This document shows, piece by piece, positions 1 through 11,457 of a stretch of 64,000 nt of DNA. The DNA is from Caecitellus pseudoparvulus (taxonomy: Eukaryota > Protista > Bigyra: Bicosoecida): NCBI GenBank assembly GCA_965644315.1, contig CBFFRQ010000071.1, forward strand, positions 1 to 64,000. The letters are read 5' to 3'. Both the position numbers and the translations under genes were made by a program. The notes under the pieces are model-generated. The model saw nothing but the letters and a program-made list of their open reading frames with translations, ran no database searches and was not told the DNA's origin. How positions within the stretch are numbered: position 1 is the first letter of the stretch; each line of letters begins with the position of its first letter.

Positions 1-195
1 CAGGTACGTGTTTGTTGCGAATGGGCGGAGCAGACAAAAGCGTAGCTGAGCCCGCTTGCAGCTGGCAAGGTGTGTGCTGGCGCAGGAGGGCGGGTCACGT
101 CACGTCTCAAGGGCGTGCCATGCTCAGCTCCTCGCCTGCACAAGCTGCAACAGCAAAGGGGAAAACAAGAGCCACAGAAAAAGTGCACTGCATGG

Positions 196-3100
196 CTACT
201 TGAACCGTGCGTCCCCTGGTTGGGCTGCGAGCTTGACGGCTCGGCTTTGGGGACTGGGCGGCGGGAGGTCGGCCTTTCCGCCCCGGTCGCTGGCCTCCCG
301 CCCCCCCTCCGCCGCCTCGGCCGGCGCACCACTACCAAAGGACGTGTTTGCTGGCACATGCATAGCAATGCCTGCTTTCGGCGACAGCGTCGAGGGTGGG
401 GCCAGGGCCGCACTGGGCGACATGACGTGTAGTGGCGCCAAGGTCAAGGCCGGCGCCGGGCTGTGCAGGCCCACCATCCCCAGGGGCTGAAGGTGCTCCC
501 CCGGCTCGAGGCGGATGACACTGCCCGTGCCGTCCCCGCTGCCGAAGCACTGCGCGCGGCTCTGCACGACGGCCGAGTCAAGTGAGTCAGAGGCCATGCT
601 GACCTGCGCGCCGCTGGCAACGTGTGGGTCGAGCAGGGACGACATGCCCAAGGCACCGGCCGGGAAGGAAGGCTTGTGGCTGTGCAGGGACGGCACACCC
701 GTCAAATTTGTCCCCTGCCCTGCCAGCATGGCGGGGCTGCACACCAGCGTTTCACCAGGTGCTTCGTGTCGACACGCCTCGGCAATGTCGCTGGCGGCGT
801 CCCATGACGTGTCGTGCCAGCTGCTGGAGAACGACATGGTGCCCTCGGAGCCCTTCCTGCCCAGTTGAAGGGACACGAGGTATGTGTCATCCTCGGCATC
901 GGGCAGGGAGGCTGCGGCGTCAGCGCGGAAAGCCTCGCTGTGCTGCCCTGTGCCGGTGGCGGCAGGAGTGGTTGAGCCTTGACCCGGTGACGGCTGCGGG
1001 CCGCTGAGGGCCGAGGAGCCAGCCGAGGAAAGCGGCGCTTTAGGCGAGGTTGTGTGTCCACTGAGCACTGGCCACCGCAGCAGCGGCAGCGGCGCGCTGC
1101 CCAGGGCTGTGCCGTCCTTCTCGCCGCCCTCCTTGCGAACGCTGCTGCCTGCGCCGCTGCTCTGCATCGCTGCAAGCCCTGCCAGCGTGATGGGCCCGCC
1201 TGACCGACGCGCAGACCGCTGCATCGAAGTGCCACTCTTGTCTCGCAGGACAATGGTGAGGCGTCCTGCCGGCGCGGCGGCGGCGGCGACGCTGTTGGCG
1301 GGAGGGACAGGCATGCCTGGACAGCGTGAAACGCTTGCCTCGCTCGGCGGACTTTGCGCAGTCCCTGCGCTACGCGGTGCGTACCCGGTGTGTGAGGCAG
1401 CGGGACTCGGCCGTGGCCCGCCTCGCCTTCTCCCTGCGGCAGCTCGGCATGCACGATTTTGTGCCGCAACGCGCCGGCAGGCGGGCGCCAAAGCGCACCC
1501 CCCTCAGCCTGTGCGTCGAGACACCTGGCGCTGCCCGTCCAATCCACCCTGCATCACGCGCCAGGAGTCTTCCGGAATTCCGGAGCGAAGTACTTCATGC
1601 GCTGGCGCCCCGACGCTGGCATGTGAGCAATGAGGGTGACAGTCGGGCCCTCCTGAGCGCCGCGCTGGCCTAGGCGTCGCCATTGACATGCATTCCTGCC
1701 TGCGGAAGTGCTGTGCGTGTGTCGCGTGCGGCCTGCGGAAAACGCACCCAGCACAGGAACGGGGTACAGGCGTGCCCCTGGCCGAATCCCACACGCATCA
1801 CCCCCAGCCAGAAGTCAGCACAGTCCATACTACCCGCAGCGCGAGACGTGAGGGCCGCGGAGCCCTGCCTTGGGCGCCTTTCGACCCCACAAAGCTGCCA
1901 CGTCATGGGGCACTAGTCAGTTGTGTGGAACTGCCACTAAGCCGGCACGCAGTACCACTTGCTTCAATCACGAGCACGGCATAGGCCTGGGATCCCAGCT
2001 AGCACATGCAGAGGTCCGCTTTCCCTTGCTGTGCAGCGCTGCCGGCACTCCGGCCTGTCCGCGCACTCGCGCGGCGTTTCACTGGTCAGACACGTGGGAC
2101 TTGGAGGCGGGCATGCCAGAGCTCCGTGCCGGCGTCACAGTTTGCCCGGGAGAGAATATTCCCACAGGGGCCCTGTCGGCCGTCCCAGCACGGGGCGGCT
2201 GGGGGTCCTGGTGAGGCAGCAGGAAGCTTGGGTGCGGCGCCATCGACGACAGTCGCACTGGCCCCCCGCCACCCTCCAGGACGGGCTTGGCCTGCACCTG
2301 CACAGGCCAGGCGAGGTTGGGGGGCACTTGGTGGCTTGCCAGGCGAATGGCCTCTGCACGAGGCGCCGGCAGCGGCGAGGAAACATCGTGTGCCCGCGGC
2401 AGGGGGGGCAACTTGGCTGCTACACCCCCCCTCGCAAGCGCCTGCCGTATGCCGGCACAGGCAGGTCGAGGACTCGTGCTGCCTGAGGTGGACCAGCTGC
2501 TCCGGGGAGGGCGCCGGGCGGGTTCCCCTGTAGAGGCGACGTCAGGTGACGTGACCTGCCGATGACACCACCAGGTGGCGCTGGTAAACCCCGCACCAGC
2601 CAGGCCGTTTGTGGGGGATAGGGCCGCCAGATCGCTGGCACCAGTCAGCTGGCGCTGGGACCAGAGCTGGAAATCAACAACTTGGGCTCCTTGGCTGTGC
2701 CTGCGCACGTGGCGGCGGCGGCGGCGCGGCCATTTGCCCGCCACGCCCGCTTCCTCCAGCGGCGTGTCACTGCCACATCGCAGCGGCGTCAGCGCAGGCA
2801 CTTGGGAGTCTGTGTAGGCTCGGTGCGCCGGCACTCGCTCCAGCCCAGCGCCATCACAGGAGCCTCCATGGGACGCAAGACGGCCAGGGAAGTGCAGGGA
2901 GGCGCAGCCATCGTCTTCGTCCGGCAGCAGCGCCTCATGTGCCGCTACGTCGGCGTCTGGAGCAGGGCTGCTGCTTCGGCCGGTGCAGGCACGTGCTTCA
3001 CTGGCACCATGCTTGGCTGGTGCTGCAAGCTGCACCGGCTGGCTGCGAACAGGCAGTCGAATGGGGGCTGCAGACGCCACCATCACGGGCGAGATGACCG

Positions 3101-3495
3101 CCACGTCGTCGCCAGAGGGGGAAGGTGGCTGCGAAGGCACAAGGTAGCAGCGGCAGAGTGCGCGGACGCCGCGCTCTCCTGTGCCTTGTGCACAGGATCT
3201 GCAGGCGCCGCTCCGCCGCACTCACATCGTGATGGCTCATCCAGGACGCTGCTTGGGACAGTCGGATAGGGCCGGTGCTGTTCATGTCGGCGAAGCGCAT
3301 TCTGCCGCACACGCAGCAGGTGACTGGACGAGCAGCGGCTGCAGAACGATGCAGCAGCAGCTGGCTGCACCCCTGCAAGGGACACCGACGCCTGCCACGG
3401 GGATGTCGTGTGCACCAGGGAGGCCAGAGTGCACTGCTGCGATCGGACTTTGACCTTCTGTGCTGGAGGGTTTTGAGCGGCGCGGGAATGTGCAC
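196..3495 (-). CDS. Probable low-complexity (Ser/Ala/Pro-rich) hypothetical gene; exon structure unresolved
   Basis: Long minus-strand ORFs 196-1491 and 2079-3221 with S/A/P-rich, disordered-looking sequence and no recognisable domain. Long ORFs arise easily at this GC content. Confidence 0.3.
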
Positions 3496-3526
3496 GGGCA
3501 GCAGGCAGAATCCGCGCTGCGGCAGA

Positions 3527-3552
3527 TAGGTCTCGTGAAACCTTACAGTAAG
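3527..3552 (+). repeat. Left terminal inverted repeat of the transposon
   Basis: TAGGTCTCGTGAAACCTTACAGTAAG, compared with the reverse complement of the right end TAGGTCTCGTGAAACCCTGCAATAAG. Confidence 0.9.
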
Positions 3553-3862
3553 AAATTGCTGATTGACTACTGTAGGAGTTCAGGCTTATATCAGAAATGG
3601 CGAAATGAGGATTCTTGGGATATTTGAGTTGGGAACCCCACCAAAAACTGATCGATATGTACTTCATGCGGAATCAATCGCTTGCACTCGCCAGCCTGAT
3701 GCAGGTTTTGCTGTAGGTCGTAGTGATTGGCAAGTGAGAATTGCGGAAATCGGTTTGCAGGAATAAAATGATACTTCACTCAAATCCAACTCAGAGCATA
3801 CTAAAAGCTGCACAACTTATCCCAGTACTACGGACTTTAGTTTTGGCTTGGATTCTTTCCAG

Positions 3863-5200
3863 ATGGCCGCCCATCCGGCTGGCGGGAGCCAGCATGGTTC
3901 CCAACCCCACTCAACAACCCCGAATGGCCAACAGGATGCCGTACAACGCGGAATCGTAAAACCCAGAGGAGTCCCAGTCCCAGATGACGTTGTACTGACC
4001 CTTTTCGCAGTGAGTTTTGGCGCTGGATCTTGCTGCTGTAGGTGTGGTACCCCACAAACCCGTTTCAAATGAAACGCCTAGATTGCCTCAAGCTGGCTGG
4101 AGAAGAAAATGGACGAAGGTGGGTCCCTTGTCGATGCTCTTCCGCATAAAGCTGCAGAAAAGACCCAGTTTATCAAGTTCTTGGAGCGATTGATCAGCGC
4201 GGGAGCCGGAACCGTGGACGTCCCCGGTGGCGTTTCATGGCTGGTGCGGCCTGAGCATGCAGCTGCATACCTTGGCGTTCCAACAGAGGGAAACGTGGGC
4301 CCTGCAGGGCTGTACTGGTCTGCTGCACATGCCCAAGCAAAGTTGTCAGCTTTCTTGGCAGACCGCAAGAACGGGAAGTCTGTACAGAGGACTTTCCACA
4401 ACCTGCAATTGAAGGGCAGACTGCGACGGGGACTCAAGGAAGCCATCCAGGCCCTTGAGCTTCTTGCAGAGCATGCAGTGGAAAATCCAGCCGTGGCATT
4501 CCCAGAGGATCCAACTAAATGCCCTTCTGATCCAGCATTGCTCCCATTTTCAGCCTTGCTGCGGGTACATGTTCACAACCAGGAGGCTCACTCAGGTCCG
4601 TGCCTTGGCCCCACCCTGACTCCGGGAAGTGAAGAAGTTGCACGCTTCGCAGCAGCTTTCGGGTACATTCGTTACCATTCAGTGGTGCGCATGGCTGTTC
4701 GCGTGAACCCAAAGCTTGAGCGAAGCCGACGGAAGCGTCAGCGTACGTCCCCGGCCCTCGATCGACCACGGTCCAAATCGGTTCGAGGAGCTCAGACCCC
4801 AAGCCCGGGACAGGCGGGTACCCCTAGCAACATTGCTGATACGCTGGTTGATGAACTTACTGAGGCGGCATGTCAGATCGACCCCGCGGCAGTCCCCTTC
4901 TTGTCTGTCGAGACCGCTCTGTCTCTTGAGGAGCAAGACGCTGCAATCGCAGCAGTAGCACAAGCAACTGAGGCTTCAGCATCAAGACGCAATGCTGGAA
5001 ACCGCGGCAGTGACCCAAGCGGTCTGTTTCACAGCGCTGCAGTGCTTCGAAAGGCTGCCCAACAAGCAAAAGAGTGCTTCGATGTGTCAAGGGACTCTCA
5101 ACGCATGCACGACACTCTGAAGGAGGCTCTTGTCCAGCTCTTGGACAGGATGACGTCGATCGAGCAAGCAGTGACACGGATAGAGGCTCGTCTTGCATGA
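3863..5200 (+). CDS. Transposon accessory protein (possible divergent Myb/SANT-trihelix DNA-binding protein); exons 3863-4009 + 4082-5200
   Basis: A GTGAGT donor at 4010 and CCTAG acceptor at 4081 join the upstream ORF in frame to ORF 4109-5200. Basic NLS-like RSRRKRQR and a C-terminal coiled coil (LLDRMTSIEQAVTRIEARLA). Harbinger elements typically carry a second Myb/SANT-like gene; domain identity is only weakly supported (KSVQRTFHNLQLK). Confidence 0.7.
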
Positions 5201-5369
5201 TCCAGGGGACACACCTTTCACTCCTTCCGTCCCGAGTGTAAAGTCATTGTATTTGTTGTGTATGGTGATCAGAGGAGGGAACAGGAGCGAGACACGGCTT
5301 TGCTGATCAATGCACGCTGCCGGGTGGGCCAGGGGGAAGACACCATTGAGAGGGGTGGTGTCCTCGAGC

Positions 5370-5870
5370 TCACTTCGGTAGGGCAGATCCCGCTGCCGTG
5401 GCTGTGCCTTGCGAAGCGCAGGAAAGTGTCAGCCGGTGAACGAGGTCGCCCCTCGTACCAATGCAAGACAACCCCGTTTCTTCACATCGTTGGCGAAGCT
5501 GGTCGATGGTCATCCGCGCTATCGAGTCCGGGTCCAGACAAGGGTCACCCTCAAGGAGAAGTCCAGACGCAAACTCCACGAGCGGGCTGTCCTCCAAACC
5601 AGATCCCGGACACTGCAACAGGCTAAGCTCCACTGGAGTGCAGTTCTTGTCCAATGCCAACCTCTCTGCGATCAGAGGGAGTGTGTTGTACAAGTGCGTC
5701 GCTGCTCCCGAGGAGTGCAGCTCTTGTTCCTCGGTTCCATCCTCGTGGTAGTAGTACACCTCCCACATTGCGGTGTAGGGGTGGACCAACACTGCGTAGC
5801 CTCGCTCGGGTTGTGACCCCCCGAGTACATGAGAGGTTCGTTTTGCCGAAGGACCATCCCGTGAAACCAC
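5370..5870 (-). CDS. SAP-domain segment, probably the true C-terminus of the transposase (frame change at G6 run, 5817-5822)
   Basis: IARMTIDQLRQRCEETGLSCIGTRGDLVHRL fits the SAP consensus. It overlaps the transposase 3' end in the -1 frame, and one extra G in the homopolymer fuses the two. Confidence 0.7.
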   Translation of the reverse strand: MVSRDGPSAKRTSHVLGGSQPERGYAVLVHPYTAMWEVYYYHEDGTEEQELHSSGAATHLYNTLPLIAERLALDKNCTPVELSLLQCPGSGLEDSPLVEFASGLLLEGDPCLDPDSIARMTIDQLRQRCEETGLSCIGTRGDLVHRLTLSCASQGTATAAGSALPK

Positions 5871-7573
5871 TTTCGCAGTCGTGGCATGACTTCCTGTTGT
5901 GCACTGCCTCGACTCCGTGTATGACGGGGTTGACCCGGCACAGCAGATGCTGTGCCGGGCTTCTTGCTCCTCTTCTTCAAGGATGACAAGCCCCCTTGGT
6001 CCAGGTCCTGCAGCACCTCGCGATCAAGTCCATGGAGCAGCGTCGTCATGGTTTGGATCTGCTCCCAAAGCTCTGACGAGGCCCCGCGAGGGGGCTGGGC
6101 TTCAACCTCAGGCGCAGATTCCCCTTGTGCATCACGCACAGCTTTGGCAACGGCCTGATAAGCCACCTTCATGGGTCGCTTGTTGCGCCGGACTTGCATC
6201 AGTCGGGGCAGGTCTTCAAATGTGCGATCTGCTGCCTCCCCTAATGCACGGTCGGCCTTTACAGTGAGATGGAGCAAGCTCAACGAGTGATTCTTTCGAA
6301 GCAGCCATGACTCGCTTCGGAGGCTGCGACGAGTGTAAAGCATCCGAAATGCAACAAGACCTGTGACCGCCTTGACCGTCAAGAGCAGAAGTGCCTTTTG
6401 GTCTGCGAGGAACGGCATCTGTGAGTGTCTTTCGCTCAACCTACCATTGAACGACTTGATGACGTTGTTGCAGTTCTCCACTACAAGCCTTGCGCTGCTT
6501 ATCATCTCCGTTCGCAGATCCAAGCTAAGCAGCATCCCAGACGCCATGCGCAGCCTCTCGAGCTCTTCGGCATCCTCCCACCCAGCCTCAATGTGCTGGG
6601 TGATCTTGTCGGCCCACTGTTTGAGGTGGGATGGCTTGTCTCCCGCTACAATGTGCTTGTTGGAGTGCCAGTACAATGCATCTCCTAGCAGCAGATCGCC
6701 TGGCTCCATGACTCCATGGCGGCGCAGGGTTCGCACCGCGTCTGACGCCGCCGCAACTTCAGACTGTGATCCAGGCCCCATCTCAAAAATAGCCAAGGGA
6801 ACTCCAGTGAGGTCTGTCACAAGCAGGAAGTCGTAACCTGGAATCTTGTGGTGGACGTTGTAGTGGGATTGGGGTCGGCCCGGCATCGCTTGCATCGGGA
6901 TGGTTACCCCATCCACTGCCCCGACAACACGGCCAAGTGCGCCGCCAAAAATCCCGTGAGACACGTCCCGCTGATCTTCGGGTATCTTGAGCATCAAATT
7001 TCTGGTGGCAACAGAGAGGACGAAGGGAATCACCTCCCGGAAGATCCCATGCATAGATCCTTCCGGCATCTTCGTAATGATCGCCAGAGCGGCAGGAGGG
7101 TGCCCACGGAGCTGGGAAATGCAAATGAAAATCCGTACAAAGGCTGAGTGCTGCTTGGTTTGCATGTTTTTGGCCTTTACGAGAGCTCTCTGGACTTCGT
7201 CAGAGAAGTGCCTGTACATCTCTGCGTTCATCCCCGTTAACCTCCAACAGTGCCTCGGGTTCTGCAGCGTCGCTTCAATAGACTGGCGAATGACAAGTGG
7301 CTTGATCCTACGAAGCCTACCTCTGCCTTTTGCTGCTCCGAACTTCGCTTCCCGCTGATCCCTGCGGGTGTAGCCTTCGGCTCGAAGCTGGCCTGCCAAG
7401 GCATGCACCGAGTGTACAAGCAACGACTGCCCTGTGACAAGTGAGGCCGCACCAAGGTTCATCATGTGGGCACTTGCTTCAAGAATTCCTTGAGCTATTC
7501 CGCGTGACGACCTTTCCGGGACAGCTGTGGCCGTTCGCAACGGGGCGCCGGATCGGTCTCGTTTCGTCGCCAT
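5672..7573 (-). CDS. Harbinger/IS5-like DDE transposase (DDE_Tnp_4)
   Basis: Motifs VVGAVDGVTIP (D1), YNVHHK, GPGSQSE, LLLGDALY (D2) and SSARLVVENCNNVIK (RxxxE...K, E3), preceded by an HTH-like region. First ATG at 7573. Confidence 0.9.
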   Translation of the reverse strand: MATKRDRSGAPLRTATAVPERSSRGIAQGILEASAHMMNLGAASLVTGQSLLVHSVHALAGQLRAEGYTRRDQREAKFGAAKGRGRLRRIKPLVIRQSIEATLQNPRHCWRLTGMNAEMYRHFSDEVQRALVKAKNMQTKQHSAFVRIFICISQLRGHPPAALAIITKMPEGSMHGIFREVIPFVLSVATRNLMLKIPEDQRDVSHGIFGGALGRVVGAVDGVTIPMQAMPGRPQSHYNVHHKIPGYDFLLVTDLTGVPLAIFEMGPGSQSEVAAASDAVRTLRRHGVMEPGDLLLGDALYWHSNKHIVAGDKPSHLKQWADKITQHIEAGWEDAEELERLRMASGMLLSLDLRTEMISSARLVVENCNNVIKSFNGRLSERHSQMPFLADQKALLLLTVKAVTGLVAFRMLYTRRSLRSESWLLRKNHSLSLLHLTVKADRALGEAADRTFEDLPRLMQVRRNKRPMKVAYQAVAKAVRDAQGESAPEVEAQPPRGASSELWEQIQTMTTLLHGLDREVLQDLDQGGLSSLKKRSKKPGTASAVPGQPRHTRSRGSAQQEVMPRLRKWFHGMVLRQNEPLMYSGGHNPSEATQCWSTPTPQCGRCTTTTRMEPRNKSCTPREQRRTCTTHSL

Positions 7574-7912
7574 CACCACTGGGTGAGAATTCGGCTTGGA
7601 AGAGGAAACCGGGCGAACAAATGGCGGAAGTTATGAGAAAGCTTGAGGTTGGCCATGAATTGCGTGAAATTTTTGAGCCAGCGCTTATTCTGAAAGAGGT
7701 AGACGGCCTTGGGTGATTGGCCGTTTTCTTTCGGTGCCCGTAACGCCAACGGCCAACGGCACCATCAAACAAAAAACTCAAATTTGAAGTATTTGAATTT
7801 TGGCGAAGCCCCCCCGCCGGGTCTTGTTGCGCAAAACCTCCAAGAACGCAAAATTGCTCTAAGAATGTTGAGCATAGTGCTAGACCTTATATCAGTTTGT
7901 CCTACATTTGCC

Positions 7913-7938
7913 CTTATTGCAGGGTTTCACGAGACCTA
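7913..7938 (-). repeat. Right terminal inverted repeat of the transposon
   Basis: CTTATTGCAGGGTTTCACGAGACCTA; its terminal 16 bp are the perfect inverse of the left end. Confidence 0.9.
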
Positions 7939-8046
7939 GCAGAAGCGTTGGCGTGGTGCGCAAGGCTTTCACCATCCCAAGCTGCCAGCGCACACACCAG
8001 CCTGTCGTGCCGGCTTGCTCACAGGGATCTAACAGACGAGGTGCGA

Positions 8047-11000
8047 CTACGTTTCTTCATTGTTCTTTGCCCCAGCGTGCCAGCTAGCGCCTGAGCTGAG
8101 CCCCAGTGAGGCTAGAGTCGAGCGCAGGAGAAGAAGCAGCTTCGTGAAAGCTGACCCAACACGCCACGCTTCTCCGGGCCGTGGCGCAACGCGTCCCGCG
8201 CCGCTGGAGGCAGCAGCGGGGCATTTGTGGGTCAACAGCGTTGCCTTCCAGGCGGTCTGCGGGAGTGGGAGCGTGCGCTGAGCAGCCACAAGGCCTGTTC
8301 GCAAGGCGGCGCGGCGCAGTTGCAGAAGCCGGCCCCACTCGCGGTGTGATGCCACGGAACGGCCCTGCCGGCAGCATGGGCACTGCACGGAATGCTCAAA
8401 TCGTGTTCCTACTTCCGTGTACAGAGCCCGTTGTGGCATTTCTGCCGCGCTTCTTGCGCTGTGGCTGGGGCCTGTGTCGGCAGCCACCTTCCACTCAGCC
8501 CTGGCTTTGGCTGCGCTGGTGGCGATTTCTGCGCCGCCGGTGCCGCGACTTGGACGCCCTTCTCGTCTCGGCCAGCAGGTGTGGCGATGCGGGCTTGTTC
8601 CACACGGCCATGGCCACCTCGGCACAGGCTGCGAGGTCTGCCAGACGTATGGGCGTGTCCACCCCCGGCCGCACCTGGCGCTCGCCACCAGGCAACGGCT
8701 GTGCACTGAGCACTGCCAGGCGCAGGTCAGTGGGCGTGCCAGTGAGGACGACAGTGGCTCGAGTGGGGTCAGGCGGGGCGGGCCCCTCCCCAGTCCATGG
8801 AACGCGGATGGGGGCGTGGCTAGCGAGGTGCGCGGTGGAGGGGTGGGAGGGGGTCGTAGGGCGCGCGGCAGGGGTGGTGGCGGGGGCTGATGCCCCAGGC
8901 AGCGTGCTGGGAGATGCACCTGTGCCCCCCCAACTCGTGTCTAGTTTGGCAAAGGGTAAGCGCAGAGGCGTTGCTGGGGAGAGCAGCGCAGAGGGAAACC
9001 CGTGAGACGGCATCGTTGAACCACTGCTCGCGCCCCCCACAGGCGCACGCTGGGCCCCTGGGCTGCCAGACAAGGAGAGGGGCAGTGTCTGCTGTGGGTG
9101 CATGAGCAGGGGCGATGGGCTGGCGATGCCACGGGTCGTGCTTTGCGCTGTGAAGCTTGCTCGTCGTGGGCGTGCTTGCGGACTTCGAGGCAGCCCGGGC
9201 GGCTGCCGCCCCGCTGCGCTGGCGCTGACGGTGACGGTGGGCAGCAAACCCGCAGCGTCAGCGTCATACACCTGGGGGGCGTGTGTTGGGGATGTGGGCA
9301 TGCGCGGGGAGGCGGGGGCGCGAGATGCCAAGCCCTGGTAAGTGGCGGCTGCCAGCCCACTCCCACCTGCTGGGCTGGAGGCGCCCAGAGGCGGCTGCAG
9401 CGGGGATGCAGGCAGGTGGGGGGTGCCGGGAGCAGACGTGATCCAGTCACTTGCATGCTGCTGCAGCCGTGGCGTGCCGCTGGCCTGGGGCGTGCCAGTG
9501 CTGTGGCTCCCGGGAGAGCGGGGCAGGGCTCGTGATGGGGGTGGCGCCGCGTGGCTGTGCAGGCTGACGACGGGGGAAGTGGGCAGGGCGGGGCCAGGGG
9601 GGCCGCTGCGAGGGCTGCGCTGAGTAAAATGAACCTCCTGTGGCGAGCACCGGGCGCGTGCGTGTCGTGGGGCGTGCGCATGAGGACAGAATGAAGGCTG
9701 CGCCAGCGACGGCAGAAACGTACGAAGCGAGAGGAAGCAGGGGCGTTCAGTTCGCCTGCATGGGAGCCTCGGCGGCCGCCAGGCAGCTGCAAAGCCATGC
9801 TGCGTGCAGAAGACGCCACCGTGCCCGTGTCTGCCGCCCTGCTGATGCCGGTGCTGGGGTCGCCGGGGAGGAAAGCCACGCTGGAGCGGCCGCTCATGCC
9901 GCTGCTCCCGCTGCTGCCAGCGGCAGGAACGTCTGTGCGTGGGAAAGCCGCTCAGGAGCGCTTGCACGGCGAGCAGCGAGCAGCGGGAGGCAACTGCCGC
10001 TTCAGAAGCCCGGTGTGTGTGTTGGGGAAATGTATCGTGGGGCACCGCTGCTGTCGGTGGCTTTTGCAGAGCAGCAAGCGGCAGCTGGAGAGGCAGTGCG
10101 CTTGGCTGGAGGAAACGCGCCGTGGTGAGGGGTGTGAGGGGGGGGTCAGGGGGTGCGGAGGAGGGTGCACGGCGGAGGGAGCGCGCACGTGGAGTGCCTC
10201 CCAAAGGTTTGGACTTGAGCAGAGGGAGGAAAGAGCATCTGTTTCTCGCAGTGCATTTTGCACACGACTGACGCGTACAGCGGGAGCACACATGGTGAGG
10301 CAGGGCAGGCAGACACAAACACATGACACAGACACGGAGGACGGAGCAGGGAAACGCGTGAAGACAGAGCCTTCTCAGGGGTGCCCGTCTCGCCCCCTAC
10401 CCCGCTGCCGCTTGGCGCCCCTGCCCAAGAGGAAGTCTGCAGCTGCTCCCAGCACGCTGCGCCGGCGTGGTGCGTGCGCCGGGCTTGTAACTCCCGACAC
10501 CACTTCCTCACGAGGGCCGGTGCTGTCGCCGCTGCTGCCAGCGGCAGCGTCAGCAATTGCCGGCAGGCCGCCTTGACTAGCTTCTCCCGAGGGCCTCCGT
10601 GGGTGCAGGCCCGGCAACTTGGGCGGCGCGAGTAGCACAGGCGCTGCAGCGGCGGAAGGTGGTGGGAAGGCGTCGCCTTGCACGGCGGCAGGCGCCGGCC
10701 GTCGCAGCTCTGGCAGCTGTACAGGGACGAACTGCCCCCGAGCCAGTGGCATGGTTTGCACGGAACTGTCCAGCACGTCGAAGACGACGTTCGGCGTGGC
10801 GATTTCAGCCGACCCGGCGCTGTCCTGCGTCGACTCGCGCACTGTAGGCATGCAGGATTGGCGGTTTGGGCGCAGGGCAGCCAGCACATCCCGCTCCTGG
10901 TCCTCTGGCGGCGGCGAAAAGGCGCCCTGCATCATGATGGCAGGTCCAGACGCTGCCCTGTCGCAATTTCCACCTCTAGGTGGTGTTTGGGTGGGGAAGG

Positions 11001-11457
11001 CTGCTGCCAAGGCGCTGGCAGGGCTGCGCGCTTCTGGGGAAGGCGCTGAAACGCGGCGTGCCCCTGCCATGCGAGGTGAGCGGGAGTTACCCTGGGCCCA
11101 GGGGGACAGGCTTGCCGAGCCAGGCGCGAGGGAGTGCAGCGGGTCTGCACTAGAGACGTCTGAGGACCTGTCGGTCCACTGCGCAGCGCAACGTGGGGTG
11201 CCAGGTGATGTCGACGTGCGTCGAAATCCACAGCGTCCACGCCGACGGTGCACTCGCTCACCTCGGAGAAGCTGCTGCTGGCGTGGTCTGCCAGCGTGAT
11301 GGGGGCGTAGCCTGGGGCCCGGTCCCCTGTCCCTGAAGGTGTGTGTGGGAACCGCCCCTTCGGAGACAGGGTGATGGTCAGCCCGTTCACACGAGCCATG
11401 GTGCTGCTGTGCTTGGGGCGGACGAAGGAAACGCTGCGCTGCACGGCAGCCGCGCAC
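8047..11457 (-). CDS. Probable low-complexity Pro/Ser/Ala-rich hypothetical gene; exon structure unresolved
   Basis: Consecutive long minus-strand ORFs (8495-10324, 10375-11457, 10932-11597) with disordered composition and no recognisable domain. Confidence 0.35.

Larger units (their letters stand above)
3527..7938. mobile_element. PIF/Harbinger-superfamily (PHIS, IS5-related) DNA transposon, ~4.4 kb, two convergent genes
   Basis: Perfect 16-bp inverted repeats TAGGTCTCGTGAAACC (3527-3542) / GGTTTCACGAGACCTA (7923-7938), extending imperfectly to ~26 bp. Flanked by direct repeat GCAGA (3522-3526, 7939-7943). Interior is clearly lower in GC than the flanks. Encodes a DDE_Tnp_4-like transposase and an accessory ORF. 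Confidence 0.9.
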
